A DNA stretch of 64,000 bases from Octopus sinensis. Its lineage: Eukaryota. A model generated the notes under the pieces. That model did not search any database. It saw nothing but the letters and a program-made list of their open reading frames with translations, and was not told where the DNA came from. The position numbers and the translations under genes were made by a program. The stretch spans positions 52,266,001-52,330,000 of the forward strand of contig NC_042997.1 in NCBI RefSeq assembly GCF_006345805.1, read 5' to 3'. Below are positions 37,664 to 50,525 of the stretch, piece after piece (position 1 is the first letter of the stretch; each line of letters opens with the position of its first letter).

Positions 37664-40600
37664 TAAATAATAAAGATAAAACTGCATATCAAACACAGAG
37701 TCAGAAAGTACTTATATTACAGTGCAACCCACATTTGAGTACTATCCATATAAGTAGGGTGGAACAACTGCTGCACATACAAAGATTTTTAATTGCACTC
37801 AAATAGTTCTCTGATTGATTAACAAATTCCTAATTACTCAATATAATGCAACCACTGACTTACTGACATGCTATTTCTACCATTTATGTCTTTTCTTATT
37901 TATTTTTACTTATTGCCCACAAGGGGCTAAACATAGAGGGGACAAACAAGGACAGACAAAGGGATTAAGTCGATTACAACAACCCCAGTGCATAACTGGT
38001 ACTTAATTTATCGACCTCAAAAAGATGAAAGGCAAAGTCAACCTCGGCGGAATTTGAACTCAGAATGTAACAGCATGTCTTTTCTGTCTTTTCTATCATT
38101 ATGACAACGACCATTTCTGTCTTTTTTATCATTATGACAAAGCTCTCTGCTCTTCAGAATTAGCAAGCTAGGTACCACTTTTGTTTCAGCCCAAACTTGG
38201 TACTCACCTCTTATCACATCATCCCTACTATGTTTCACCTGCTAGTCCCATTCAAAATACTTCACTTAATTCTCTCTTTCCCAGAATTTCAACACTGGTA
38301 CACTTTCTCAAGTTATACTTTTCCTACAGGCATCAACCTATGGTATTTTAATTTAACCCTTTAGCATTCAGACGACCCTGTCAAATGTAATGCTTCTTTA
38401 ATCACTTTGTTTTGAATTAATCATACATTATCTCATATCTTTGAGAGTTTGCTGATGTGAATGTTTATTTTTTAGAATGATATTGTAGGGTAGGTTGGAT
38501 AGGCCAGATCTGATCAGTTTGAACGTAAAACAGGTAGAATAATAAGAGCCAGCTTTGACCAGTTTAAATACTAATTGGCATCAACTTCAGCAAACATGAA
38601 AGAACTGAAAAGAACAATGGGATCTGTTATTCTTCAGCTTAGAATTATAGTTTCAGTTCAAATGAACAATAACACAATAAGTCATTGTTAGTGTACGTGT
38701 GTAGAGATCCAAACAGAATGTGAAAAGAACATCCTTTAACATTTTAGCATTTAAACTACCATATCAGGCCCAAACATTCTGTTTTCTATTCAAAGTGGCT
38801 AGATCTGACCTCTCACATGTACCCTACAATGTCATTCTAAAAAATAAACAATCGCTTTATTTAAATCTTGAAGCTATGAGATAATGCATGATTAATTCAA
38901 AGTAATGTGAATAAATTAGCAGTATATCTGACAGTAATCTGAATGTTAAACGGTTAAAAAGGAAAAGAAAAATGTATTTCAAGCAATCAACTAATTTTCC
39001 CCTGGTACTTTGATTAAAGTTCAAATTTAAATTTCAACTTTCCCCACTGCTCTGTTATTCTCTTTTATTAGTTGGAAGTTGAATATATATTGCCTCGAAG
39101 AAGAATTATTTTAACTTATAGTATAGTGATATCATCAATATTGATATTTTTACAATTTATATTCTATGTAGGCATAGGAGTGGCTGTGAGGTAAGTAGCT
39201 TGCTTATGAACCACATGGTTCCGGGTTCAGTCCCACTGCATGACACCTTAGCCAAGTGTCTTCTACTATAGACTCGGGCCAACCAAAACCTTGTGAGTGG
39301 ATTTGGTAGATGGAAACTGAAAGAAGACCGTCATATATATATGTGTATGTATATGTTTGTGTGTCTGTGTTTGTCCCCCCAACATCGCTTGACAACTGCT
39401 GCTGGTGTCTTTACGTCCCCGTAACTTAGCGGTTCGGCAAAAGAGATCGATAGAATAAGTACTAGGCTTACAAAAAATAAGTCCTGGGGTCGATTTGCTC
39501 GACTAAAGGTGGTGCTCCAGCATGGCCACAGTCAAATGACTGAAACAAGTAAAAGAGAGTAAAAAAGTATGTAAATGAAATTACATAATACATTACAGGA
39601 ATGGCTGTGTGGTAATGAAATTCACTTTTTAACCACATGATATGTATGTATGTGCATGTATGTGTGTATGCCTGTGTGTATGCCTGTGTGTGTGCATGTG
39701 AATATGTGCATATGCAAATGATTATTCCTGTAATATTTTTTTATGCAATGCAGCAAGCAGGCAGAAACATTACTGTTCCGGAAAAAAAATGTTTATTCTT
39801 CCAACTTTACTTTCTAAGTTCAAATGCTCTCAGGGTCAACTTTGCCTTTCATCCTTCCAGGATTGATAAAATATGTACCAGTTGAACACTGGGGTCAATG
39901 TAAATGAACTTACCCCTTCCCTTGAAACTGCTGGCCTTATGCCAAAATTTGAAACCAATATTTTGTACTGTAAACAGTACATTCTGTATCTTGGCAATAT
40001 AATGTGTATAAATGAATGGAATTAAAATACCTTACTTGTGAAACAAGTAATGTTGGTGACAGGAAGTGTATCCAGCTGTACTACCTCAATGTCTCACTCA
40101 GCCCATTCCAGCATGGAAAAGTGTGACTCAAAAACAACAATGATGAGAATGATGATGATAATTATATATGAGTAACAATAGGAACTGTCATGCCTTTGCC
40201 CTTTAGCTGACTACCTGCTTGCCATAGGTCTGCAGAGAGTTTGTTAGATGTTGCACAACAACAGCAACTTTTGTATATCAATCATTGATTCATCATCATC
40301 ATTTTTAACATACACCTTGCCATGCTTGCATGAATCAGACGAAGTTTATTGAGGCAGATTTTCTACTACCTTCACTTGTTTCCAAGCAAGGTAACAAATG
40401 TATGCATGTATGTAAATGTATGTAGGTAGATAGATAGGTAGGCAGGCAGGTAGGCTTGCTTGAATGTTTGGGTGCAGATGTGGCTGTGTGGTTAAGAAAT
40501 TTGCTTTCCAACCATATGGTGTTAGATTCAAACCCACTATGTGGCATCATGGGCAAGTGTCTAGCTATTAGCTATTTGCCATTTTTTCCCCTCCTGATGA

Positions 40601-42439
40601 AGGAGGCTGGTCTTATGGTAACGACTCTATGTGACCATCTACTGGTTGCATGTCCATGACTTTTTGCACATTCTGTCAGCTAATTATGAACATTTTGAAT
40701 ATTACATAATTCTGAGCTCCCAGAAACAACTATCAAGTTTTAAAAAAAGCTATGCATCCTCTCCTTAGTTTTCTGTATTTGTCAGTAAATATAAGTATCC
40801 ATATGCTAGTTCATATGTGTTTATCTTCAGAATATATCCAGTTTTTGTATCTGTATCCCTATATATATCTATATGTATAACGTGCTTGAGAAGAAGACCC
40901 ATGAAGCCAAGTGAAATCATAGTCGTGGAAGATATTTATTTCTTTATTGCCCACAAGAGGCTAAACATAGAGGGGACAAACAAGGACAGACAGGAATTAA
41001 GTTAATTATATCGACCCCAGTGCGTAACTGGTACTTATTCAATCAACCCTGAAAGGATGAAAGGCAGAATTTGAACTCAGAACGTAATGGCAGACTAAAT
41101 ACTGCTAAGTATTTCGCCTGTCATGCTAACAATTCTGCCAGCTTGCTGCCTTCATCGTGGAAGATATTGGTGTCATGGTAACTGACACCCATGCCAGTGG
41201 CACATAAAAGCACCCATTACACTCTCAAGGGCATCCAGCTGTAGAAACCATGCCAAATCAGATTAGAGTCTGGTGCGGCCCCTCAGCTTATCAGCCCTGC
41301 TCAGACTGTTCAACCCATGCCAGCATGGACAAAGGGTGTTAATGATAATGATGATGTATATTTATACGTAGCAAACCTAATTGTGTTTATCTGCAGCACA
41401 ATTTTTCTGCCTGTCTCCCTCTCTGAAAAAAAAAAAGCATTAAATCATTTGCCTATTGAATATTTACTTTCAAGTATTATATATATATTTCTGTTGGGCT
41501 TGTACTTATATCCTCCTTACATGTCGTTAAAGTTAGAAAAGATTGCAAAATGAAGTTGAAGGAAAATTTTCATAAAAAATGCCTTTTAAATATATCAGTT
41601 TTATATATAACGGTTTTGCCGTGTGGGCAACATTAATAATCCTCATTGACTAAATCTTTGCAGAGGACTTGCTTTGAGCATACAACTTGCTGCTATGGCT
41701 AATACACAAGGGAGTGGATTTTCGACAATTGCTTTTATTTCACAAACAGCAAATGTGTTTGCATATTGGAGTGGGAAAAGAAAAAAAATCAGTGTGTAAA
41801 TGCAGTTCTCTATTCAGTTACAGACTTTATTACCATTCATAGTTATATTCATAATGCTTTGATCATTCTTGCATGCACATAAACATAACATGTGTATAAC
41901 GTCTGGCACATCCAACAACTAAATGATACGATTTAAAAAAAAGTAAAAAAACATTGGGATGAATATAGCTTGATATTGTGTGTGTGTATGTGTGCATATT
42001 TATATTTTTAATGTAAACTGACAATACTACAGGAGTTACTTTAATAGTTTAGCTTTTCATACCAAAGCATTTATCAGAATTTGGTAAGTGCAATGCCACA
42101 AAGATGTATAACTTCTGCAGCATTATATGTACACCATTTTTTGTATTTTATGTGTTGAATCCTCTGTTTGTAAACTAAACGTACTACTTATAAAATATAC
42201 ATGATTACCCAACCAGAGAGAAAGTTAACAAGAAAGAGGGCTAAAACATGTGCTGCTGTAAAGGAGATACATGGTTACCTAGCTGGAGAAAAGAGCAAGA
42301 GAAGGAGAGAGAGAGAGAGAGAGATCAAAAATGAGGGCAGAAACAGATGTGCTGCTGTAGAGGAGATACATGGTTACCTAGCCAGAGGGAAGAGCAAGAG
42401 AGAGAGGAACAGGGATCAATCAGAGTACAGATGGAATGG

Positions 42440-42505
<66 letters not shown>

Positions 42506-43162
42506 TTTACACAGAAGATAGAGAACAGTGTAGGGTCAGGGACATACTAAATCAAACAAGCTTGAGCTGGCATGGATGATTATGTTTGATATATATATAT
42601 ATAAGTGTGTGTGTTGAGACATATGGCTTGGTGATTATAGTATTGCATTCATGATTGTAAGATTGCAGTTTCAATTCCTGGGCCAGACAATGTGTTGTGT
42701 TCTTGAGCAAAACACTATAGTTCATCCTACTCCAGTCCACTCAGCTGACAAAAACAGTTAGGCATCCTGTTCTGTCCATATGCCACAGAATTTAGGAAAC
42801 TGACCTTATGAACCTTGTAACAAGGTGGATTTTTATTGAATTGGCAGTGAAATTCATGTTGCACTTGCACAATCGATTTGCATTTCTCAAACTGCAGCAC
42901 ACAAAAAGACTTTTCTTATAGCATTGCCATTTTCTAAGGGGTTACACAAATGAAAATTATACAACTTTAAATAAAATGAACAAAATGAAACATTAAAACA
43001 AAATTAAAATATTATTTTATTTAAGGCTTAATTCAATTGATCATGTCCAGCTGTAAACTTTAAACCTTTCCCTATTAAAAAATATGTAGAATATGTTTGT
43101 GTCTCTTACCGTTTGTTTTAAAAAGAAATTTGAAATCTATTCTTTCTTTTTGAATAAACCTG

Positions 43163-43903
43163 CTAGCGGTTGAGGGAACCTGTGGAAGAGGTAGACCCAG
43201 GAAGACCCGGGATGAGGTGGTGAAGCACGACCTTTGAACTTTAGGCCTCACCAACGCAATGACTAGTCACCAAGACCTTTGGAAATATGCTGTGCTTGAG
43301 AAGACTCAGCAAGCCAAGTGAAACCATAACCCGTGGCCTATGCCAGGGGTGTAACCAGCCCACTTATGCGTACCTTTCCTTCATTGGACACTAAACTCTG
43401 CTTGCAAAGACCTGTTGAGGCATGTGATGAAATCAAATTCAATGACTGGCATCCGTGCCAGTGGAGCGCTAAGAGCACCATCCAAGCGTGATCGTTGCCA
43501 GAGCTGCTGACTGGCCTCCGTGCCAGTAGCACATAAAAAGAACCATTCGAGCGTGATTGTTATTAGTGTCACCTTACTGGCATTTGTGCCAGTGGTACAT
43601 AAAAAAACATTCAAGCAAGGTCGTTGCCAGTGCTGCTGGACTGGTTCCTGTGCAGTTGGCATGTAAAAAACACCATTTGAACATGGCCATTGCCAGTACT
43701 GCCCGACTGGCTCTCGTGCCGGTGGCACATAAAAGCACCCACTACACTCTCAGAGTGGTTGGCGTTAGGAAGGGCATCCAGCTGTAGAAACTCTGCCAGA
43801 TCAGATTGGAGCCTGGTGCAACCATCTGGTTCACCAGTCCTCAGTCAAATCGTCCAACCCATGCCAGCATGGAAAGCGGACATTAAACTATGACGACGAC
43901 GAC
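43163..43903 (+). mobile_element. 5'-truncated RTE LINE (last codons plus complete 3' UTR)
   Basis: LAVEGTCGRGRPRKTRDEVVKHDL; 3' UTR shared with the 53.7-55.0 kb copy; (GAC)n tail. Confidence 0.9.
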
Positions 43904-44118
43904 GGTGTGTGTGTGTGTGTGGTGTGTGTGTGTATATATATGCACTTATAATTATGATTGACTTTATTGTACATTTTCACCACAAACATTTGTCAAACTC
44001 ATTAAGTATTATTGTTGTACTAATGATCAAATTGTTGGTGATATTGAGTAGTAGATGAGTGTAAATTACTTTTAAAGATCTCCTTATATTTCTGGTCCAA
44101 TATAATTTGCTCTTCTAG

Positions 44119-44149
44119 CATCTTTACCAAAAGGTAATGGCTTTAGCAG
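44119..44149 (+). other. Candidate 31-nt microexon, plus strand
   Basis: Acceptor ttgctcttctag and perfect donor cag|gtaagt; two open frames (HLYQKVMALA or SLPKGNGFS). Confidence 0.35.
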
Positions 44150-45559
44150 GTAAGTGTCGAAGTTGAAACCAATAATTGTATGGCATTTATTTGGTTAGTT
44201 TTGAGTTTGATTATGTATTTAATTATTTTAGCAATATCAGGTTGAAAAATAGGAAAAAGAAATGTGTTCATAAATTATTAGATTTTAATGTCTGTTGGAT
44301 AGAATTTCAGGCTTAAAACTTCAGCCTGTGTGGAAGCCATTTCCGTATCTTAATTAACCATGAAGCCAGTAGATTTCTGTTTGCTGAATATATTTCAGGA
44401 TTCTGTACAAATGCTCTTGACTTCTCCTAAGTACCAAAGTTCTTTGATTCAATTTAATTTCATCTATTTTTATCTATTTGCATTTGTTTTTTGTCTTTTT
44501 CATATACAAAATAGTTTGGCAGGTGACCTCATGCTTTATTTTTGTTTTTGGTATCATGTTCTCTTTATTCTTATGGTTTTAGATTTACAAAGTGTATAGA
44601 AGAGAACTATAAAGGAAGCAACATTTTACTCCAAAGGAGTATCAAATAAGAAGCATGAATAAGAGATAGAATGTTCATCTCAGATAAAATTAAATGGTTA
44701 CTTTTACTATATCAAGAAGCACTTATATCTAAACATGAAAACATACTGTGAAGGCTTGGATTTTTTTGGGTTTTTTTAACAAAATGTCCAATGCTCTGAT
44801 AAAAGTGTTATCTCCAACAACAAATTTGCTGGTATTATTGTCAATAGCCGAGTGCTGGGTGATAGTGGTTGAGGAAATCTCACTGTTGCAGAAGAATAGC
44901 ATGTGAGATGTGAGGAGTGATGAAGTCTGATATGATAACAGAATGTTGAGCCTCAAAAGCTGAGAGAAGGTATAACAATCTAACCCATACTAACCAATAT
45001 GGTAAAACAAATATTAAAACAGTAGTAATGGTGATGATGTGCAGGCAAATTTTATGCTCTAACTGCATAAATGGTGATGTCTAGCCCCAGATCAACCTTT
45101 GGATGAGCAGAGCTAAAATCATGCATGGCCATCTCATCCTTTTGTATATATTGTCTAATGTATTCTTTATTTTTTAAGACACTAGAGTTTGATTTGAGGA
45201 AAATTTGGCTGCTACTTCTAGCAAGTTAAGTAGTTGCATAGAGGCTGCCTTTTTCATTCATCTAAGTCCATTAAGGCTCTGTTTTAGTTCTCATTTTAAA
45301 TCTTAATACTTTTGTAATAGCAGGGCTAGATGATGTTAAAAATTCTTATGGTTTTGTTATTGCTACAGAATCCTCATTTCCTTCAAATATCCTTCTATGG
45401 ATATAGTAAATTTTAAAATATGAACTGCTTAACTTCATTCTTTTTCTTCTATTAACTTTTAACTCTTTTAAATCAGTTACAGTTTCCTCATAACATATCT
45501 TTATTCACTTATATCTACTCATATATCAAATACCCATATTTTGTGAATCTTCATTTAAT

Positions 45560-47160
45560 TCTCATTTCAGTTGTTTAGAGCTTATCTTTGACTTACTCCC
45601 CTCTTTTGACCTCGATATAACAGGAAAGGCCTCAGAAGTGAACTTTTATGATGCCTACAGTATTCTAAATGCTTTTTTCTGAACTCATTGTTATTTGTCA
45701 TCTTGTGGATAATTTCTCTATGCATATGTATGGCTCTCACAAGCCATTCATCTATACCTACTTTTTTTGGCAACCTTCAAATTTCAGAGTGTTGGATCCT
45801 GTCAAAAGCTTTCTCTAGGTCAATTAATATTATATATATTGCTTACCCTTCACTCTAAGAAATCTTTTTGTGGTTGTTTTACTAGAAAGATAGAGTACCA
45901 GTGGTATCTTGTCCTGGCACAAATCCAAACTACGTTTCTTCTAAGCTAATTCCTTTTCTTAAAAAGTACTTTAACTCTTTCTGTTACTTTCCTAACCTGC
46001 TTCTTAAGTTTAATGTCTGTACTATCAGATTGAGTAAAAAGTAAGCAATGTTTTTACCCATGAAGAATTTGTACCAGATTTTTGCAGAGTTTTGAATTTT
46101 TTTAAAACATTTTTTGCAATTGTCTTATAATACAGACATAGACTTACCCAAATACATCAATAAATTAACATTGATATTTTTTCGGTATTGTTACACTCAC
46201 CTGAAATGGAACTATCAAAGTGTGATATTCGAGCAATTTTGCTATTCAACTTCACAAAAAGGATGTAAAGCAGCTGAAACTGCTCAAGATATCAACAAAA
46301 CATTTTGTGAGGAAATGACCAGTGAGTGGTCAGCTCTAAAATGGTTTAAACAATTTTGCAGTGGAAACCTGAGACTTGAAGATCGTGAGCATAGTGGACG
46401 CCCATCTGTCATTAATGACAGTTAATTAAAGAGCGTAATTGAGAAAGATTGATGTAAAACCACTTGAGAACTGGCAAAATAACTTCAAGTTAGCCAGAAA
46501 ACTACCTGCAACCATCTGCATGTGATCAGAAAATCAAAAAAGCTCGACAATGAAAATCAGAAAATGCACAGATTTGAAATTTGCTCACCACTTCTTCTCC
46601 ATAACTAAACTGATCCATTTCTCGACTATATTGTAACTTGCAATGAAAAGTAGATTCTGTACAAAAAAAAAAAAACTCCTAATTAAAAAAACTCCTAGAC
46701 TGGTCATCAGAAGAGGGCCAATCATTCTTTATGACAATGCTCGACCACACATTTCACTAATGACGCTCCAGAAGTTGAGGGAACTTGGCTACGAAGTTCT
46801 TCTCCACCAAACTTATTCCCCAGACCTTTCTATTATCAACTACCACTTTTTCAAGCACCTTGATGGTTTCCTGCAAGAGAAAGAGTTAAAAAATCAAGCC
46901 GATGCTGAAAGTGCTTTTAAAGAGTCCATCAGCTCCAGAACTCGAGATTTTTATGTTACTGGAATAAACAAACTTGTAATTTGTTGGCAAAAATGTGTTG
47001 ATTGCAATAGTACTTACTTTGATGAATGAAATTTCTGCATTGTTGAAATATGTTGTGATGAATTTCATATTTCAAAACGTTGCTTACTTTTTACTCAACC
47101 TGATAGTTTCCTTCTAGAGTCTCTTCTTTGTTCATGTAGAAGCCAATGATACTGCTATAC
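45560..47160 (-). mobile_element. Decayed RTE RT fragment interrupted by the mariner at 46025-47103
   Basis: Degenerate ETLEGNY | IKL..QV.KVTERV..FVPG..DLEKAFDRI reads across the mariner insertion. Confidence 0.75.
46025..47103 (+). mobile_element. TIR-bounded mariner transposon (Hsmar1/SETMAR-like), non-coding
   Basis: TIRs tcagattgagtaaaaagtaagcaatgtttt / aaaacgttgcttactttttactcaacctga (2 mismatches) with TA flanks; fragments KWFKQFCSGNLRLEDREHSGRP and ILYDNARPH..GYEVLLHQTYSPDLSIINYHFF; stops and an internal deletion. Confidence 0.95.
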
Positions 47161-47327
47161 CTGTCATTGGTTCTGAAACTTTCCTCTATTACCTGATTGA
47201 CTATATGAGCAATTAAAATATACCTTACTTCACCAGATATTTTCAATGGCTTTTGTTTCTGCACAAATATTTATCTTACCAATCTATACAAATTCATGCA
47301 CATACACGCACTCACACACACACATTA

Positions 47328-47402
<75 letters not shown>

Positions 47403-48143
47403 ATATGAGTCTACATATCGTGGTTGTGGGGTTATTATTTTGTTCATACTTTCTCAATTCATTCTGAGTCCCTAATATAGTCACACCCTTTTTTTTTTTT
47501 ATTTGTCTTAATGTCGGGTCAAGTGAGTGCATTGGTTTTCTTTCCTTGTACTTACAACAGCATTCATATATTCTTTCTGCTACCTTACAGCTCTTACCTC
47601 TATATAAGTCGTGATAGTCTTCTTGCGTTTACCTTTTAAGTGTCTCAAATGGTATGCAGTGTTTCTAGTTTTACAGTATTTTTGTATTTATTTGCCATCT
47701 ATGCAATTGTTACTACCACAGGTGCCCTTTAGATGGATAGGTCTTAACTGATTTAATGGATCTATCTTGTTTTACAATTGCTTTAAAATTTCTCTTCATT
47801 TAGCATGTTCCTGAATTTATGAACTATTTCATTTTTGGAAGTGGTATCAATATACATTACTTCTTGAAGTTGTTGCTATTCCCTGATTCTGCTTTGCCTA
47901 CTTTCTTACTTATTCTTTTTAATTTATCCCATGACTTTACTTAATTTGCATAATTTATTATGATGTTTTCTAATTTTTTCTTAGCTATTTTTGTACACCC
48001 TAAAACTTGGTATTTAGATATTTATTTTTCTGTTTTGTGATAAAGCAGAGATCCCGTGGACTAAATGTCGACCATGGGTTTCATAAAATGTAAATGGAAA
48101 AACTGTAGTTCCTTATTTATTGTTGCTAGCCAGAAACATTACA

Positions 48144-48182
<39 letters not shown>

Positions 48183-48192
<10 letters not shown>

Positions 48193-48519
48193 TAAATTAG
48201 AGACAAAACCACTATTAGGCAAATCATACAATGAAAAACTTAAGCCAATACATAAGATTGTTTAATTTATATTATTTAAATATAACAAAATTATTTAAAA
48301 AAATATAATTAATATATCACAAATTTTTTTTATAATTTTGTTATATATTTAAATAATATAAATTAAATAATCTTATGTATTGGCTTAAGTTTTTCATTGT
48401 ATGATTTGCCTAATAGTGGTTTTGTCTCTAATTTAATATAATATAATATTTTACTATAAAATTGGATTCAATCCTAAATCTGATTTTTCCCTGTAAGTTT
48501 GGCTTTATTCCCTAATATT

Positions 48520-48525
<6 letters not shown>
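48183..48525. repeat. Long inverted repeat (about 120-bp arms) plus unique tail, between TA tracts
   Basis: 48183-48304 is the near-perfect reverse complement of 48323-48445. Confidence 0.93.
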
Positions 48526-48552
<27 letters not shown>

Positions 48553-48684
48553 GCCATAATTAAGTATTCCTTATTAGTAAATGGCATACACTATATAGTT
48601 AAAACAACCTTGCAAAACAATATCAACAAAAAAGATCACCTAACTTCATTCACCAGAGAATCAAATTCATAGTAGACAACTCAC

Positions 48685-48953
48685 CCAAACACCCCAGCGA
48701 TAGTTGGCTCATCTTAGACACATGAACTGCAAATAATGCAAAAAAACAAAACTAGCTATGATGTCATAATCACCATTGAAGAGGATAATCTGCAAAAAAA
48801 GATTTAGAAAAAATAAGCAATTTTGGAGTTGCAACACTCATGCCTTACCTGAGAATATTTGAAGCACACACTTGTAAATGAAAACAGTGTTCTGTATTTA
48901 GTTAAGTGGGAACTTAGTTTTTGCCTGTATTGTTTGTGTCTTCTGGACAACAT
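48685..48953 (-). other. Candidate spliced exon cluster of an unannotated antisense transcript
   Basis: Minus-strand donors cag|gtaagg (48849), atg|gtgatt (48774) and tgg|gtgagt (48685); acceptors tttttttgcag (48789) and ttttttgcattatttgcag (48726); no homology recognised. Confidence 0.4.
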
Positions 48954-50262
48954 AATTTAATGTGTCAACAGATTATGTGGCAAGAAATACAAAAATATTT
49001 ATTACTTAGTCTGATTGTAGAGCTGTGAAAATCAAGATTCTGGGTGAGACCAATTCAGTTAATAATTAATGTCAGTTGTTGAATGTTGGTATGAACATGC
49101 GGAACTGAAGATGATTTTTGTACAAAGCGGACTCCTTTTTTATAAAGATGTTATCGTCAGAGTATTGCAGTAAATGGTCATTACAAAGTAAGCCTTGCAG
49201 AACTTGCCAGTTCCTAATTCTAACTCTAATAACCCATAACAGCTGACTGGTGTGTGCATGAACTTCATATTGCTGCCAAGACCAAAGAGTCAGAAAAGAA
49301 AAAGCTCATCTGAGTAATAACAAAGAGGAAATATATGCAGGGAGAGAGTCCAAAAGAAGAAGGTTTAAGCCATACTTATTTGCTAGAAGGTTTGGGAAAT
49401 GAGGAATAAAATAAGCTTTTGGATGGAAGATAGGTGAATGCATCTAATGAATTGAGGATAATATTGAAATAGCAAATTCAGAAAAGCCAATGCTATCACA
49501 GATGCAATCTGCAAAAGATAAGAAATAGCTTGGTGGAGAAGTAGCAGACATAATTGTTTGTGACTAAATTTTCTGGCAATGTAAACATAATGTAGATATT
49601 TTCTTGAGTATATTCTAGTATTATTGTGAATGTAGTGGAACATGTGAGAAATATTTCAATCCTACTCTATGACGCCATAAGCAAGCCCCCAGCTGACCAG
49701 AACCTTGTGATTGAATTTGGTAGATAGAAACTGAAAGAAGCTTGTTGTGTGTTTGTGTATGTGTGTGTGTGTGTGCTTGCATGCATGTCCGTCTTTTACA
49801 TTCACAGTTGTTTGAAAATTGCTTAGTTACAAGTGATGTCATTTTTTTTTATCAACAAATCATCCACTGGCTTTGTACCTTCAAAGACAAACTTTGAAAG
49901 TGCAAAACTTGTAAAACGGGTATGCGTCAGTGACAGGAAGGGCATCAGGCTGTAAAACAATGTCACAGTCACAATATTCACCTAATTCATGCAAGCATAG
50001 AAAAACAGATGTAAAAACAAATGAAGAAGCATAGGAATCGCATTGCTATCCACATCATCATCATCATCGTCATTTTTATGTTTATTATAATCATTCCTGA
50101 TTCTAATAATGATTATGTGAAATGAAATTTATTTTATTTTGGTATTTATTCAGCTATTCTAAAATTTATACTTTCTTTGTATTTAATAATTTAATTTTTT
50201 TTATTTATTATTTTACCAAATAACTTACATAGTTTCTGTATTTCCAACTTGGATTTTCTTAC

Positions 50263-50525
50263 CTAATGAGTTGTTCAAAAGTTGCTATACATGTCTACTG
50301 TTGCCCAGAGCCACTTTTAGCCATATTGGCACTCTAATATGCAAGAGTTACTACTTGGTTGCCTTTAATTTAATTTTGCAGTAATATTTCTTTCAGTAGG
50401 TTGGGAATTTGTGCTAATAATTCTGGCTCTAATGGGCAGCAATCTCAGCCTCTCTCTGCTTCAGCTCCATTTTCATCTAATCTAGTACCAATGTTTTGCT
50501 TCTGGCCAGCTTCTCTGATGCTATA
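50263..50525 (-). other. Candidate non-coding exon, minus strand
   Basis: Pyrimidine tract of about 55 nt before the AG; donor ag|gtaaga; all three frames contain stops. Confidence 0.35.

Noticed and set aside
43110-43160. Minus exon candidate FIQKERIDFKFLFKTN with a gtaag donor
   Set aside because: Its acceptor is created by the junction with the RTE insertion at 43163; no independent support.
44729-44956. Exon-like minus ORF EISSTTITQHSAIDNNTSK...RALDILL
   Set aside because: Together with the upstream HSVIISDFITPH (GDFN.P-like) it fits a decayed CR1-type endonuclease better than a host exon.
50370-50525. In-frame TGA followed by DCC (UxxC-like selenoprotein motif)
   Set aside because: Short ORF, no recognised selenoprotein homology, and no SECIS identified; likely chance.
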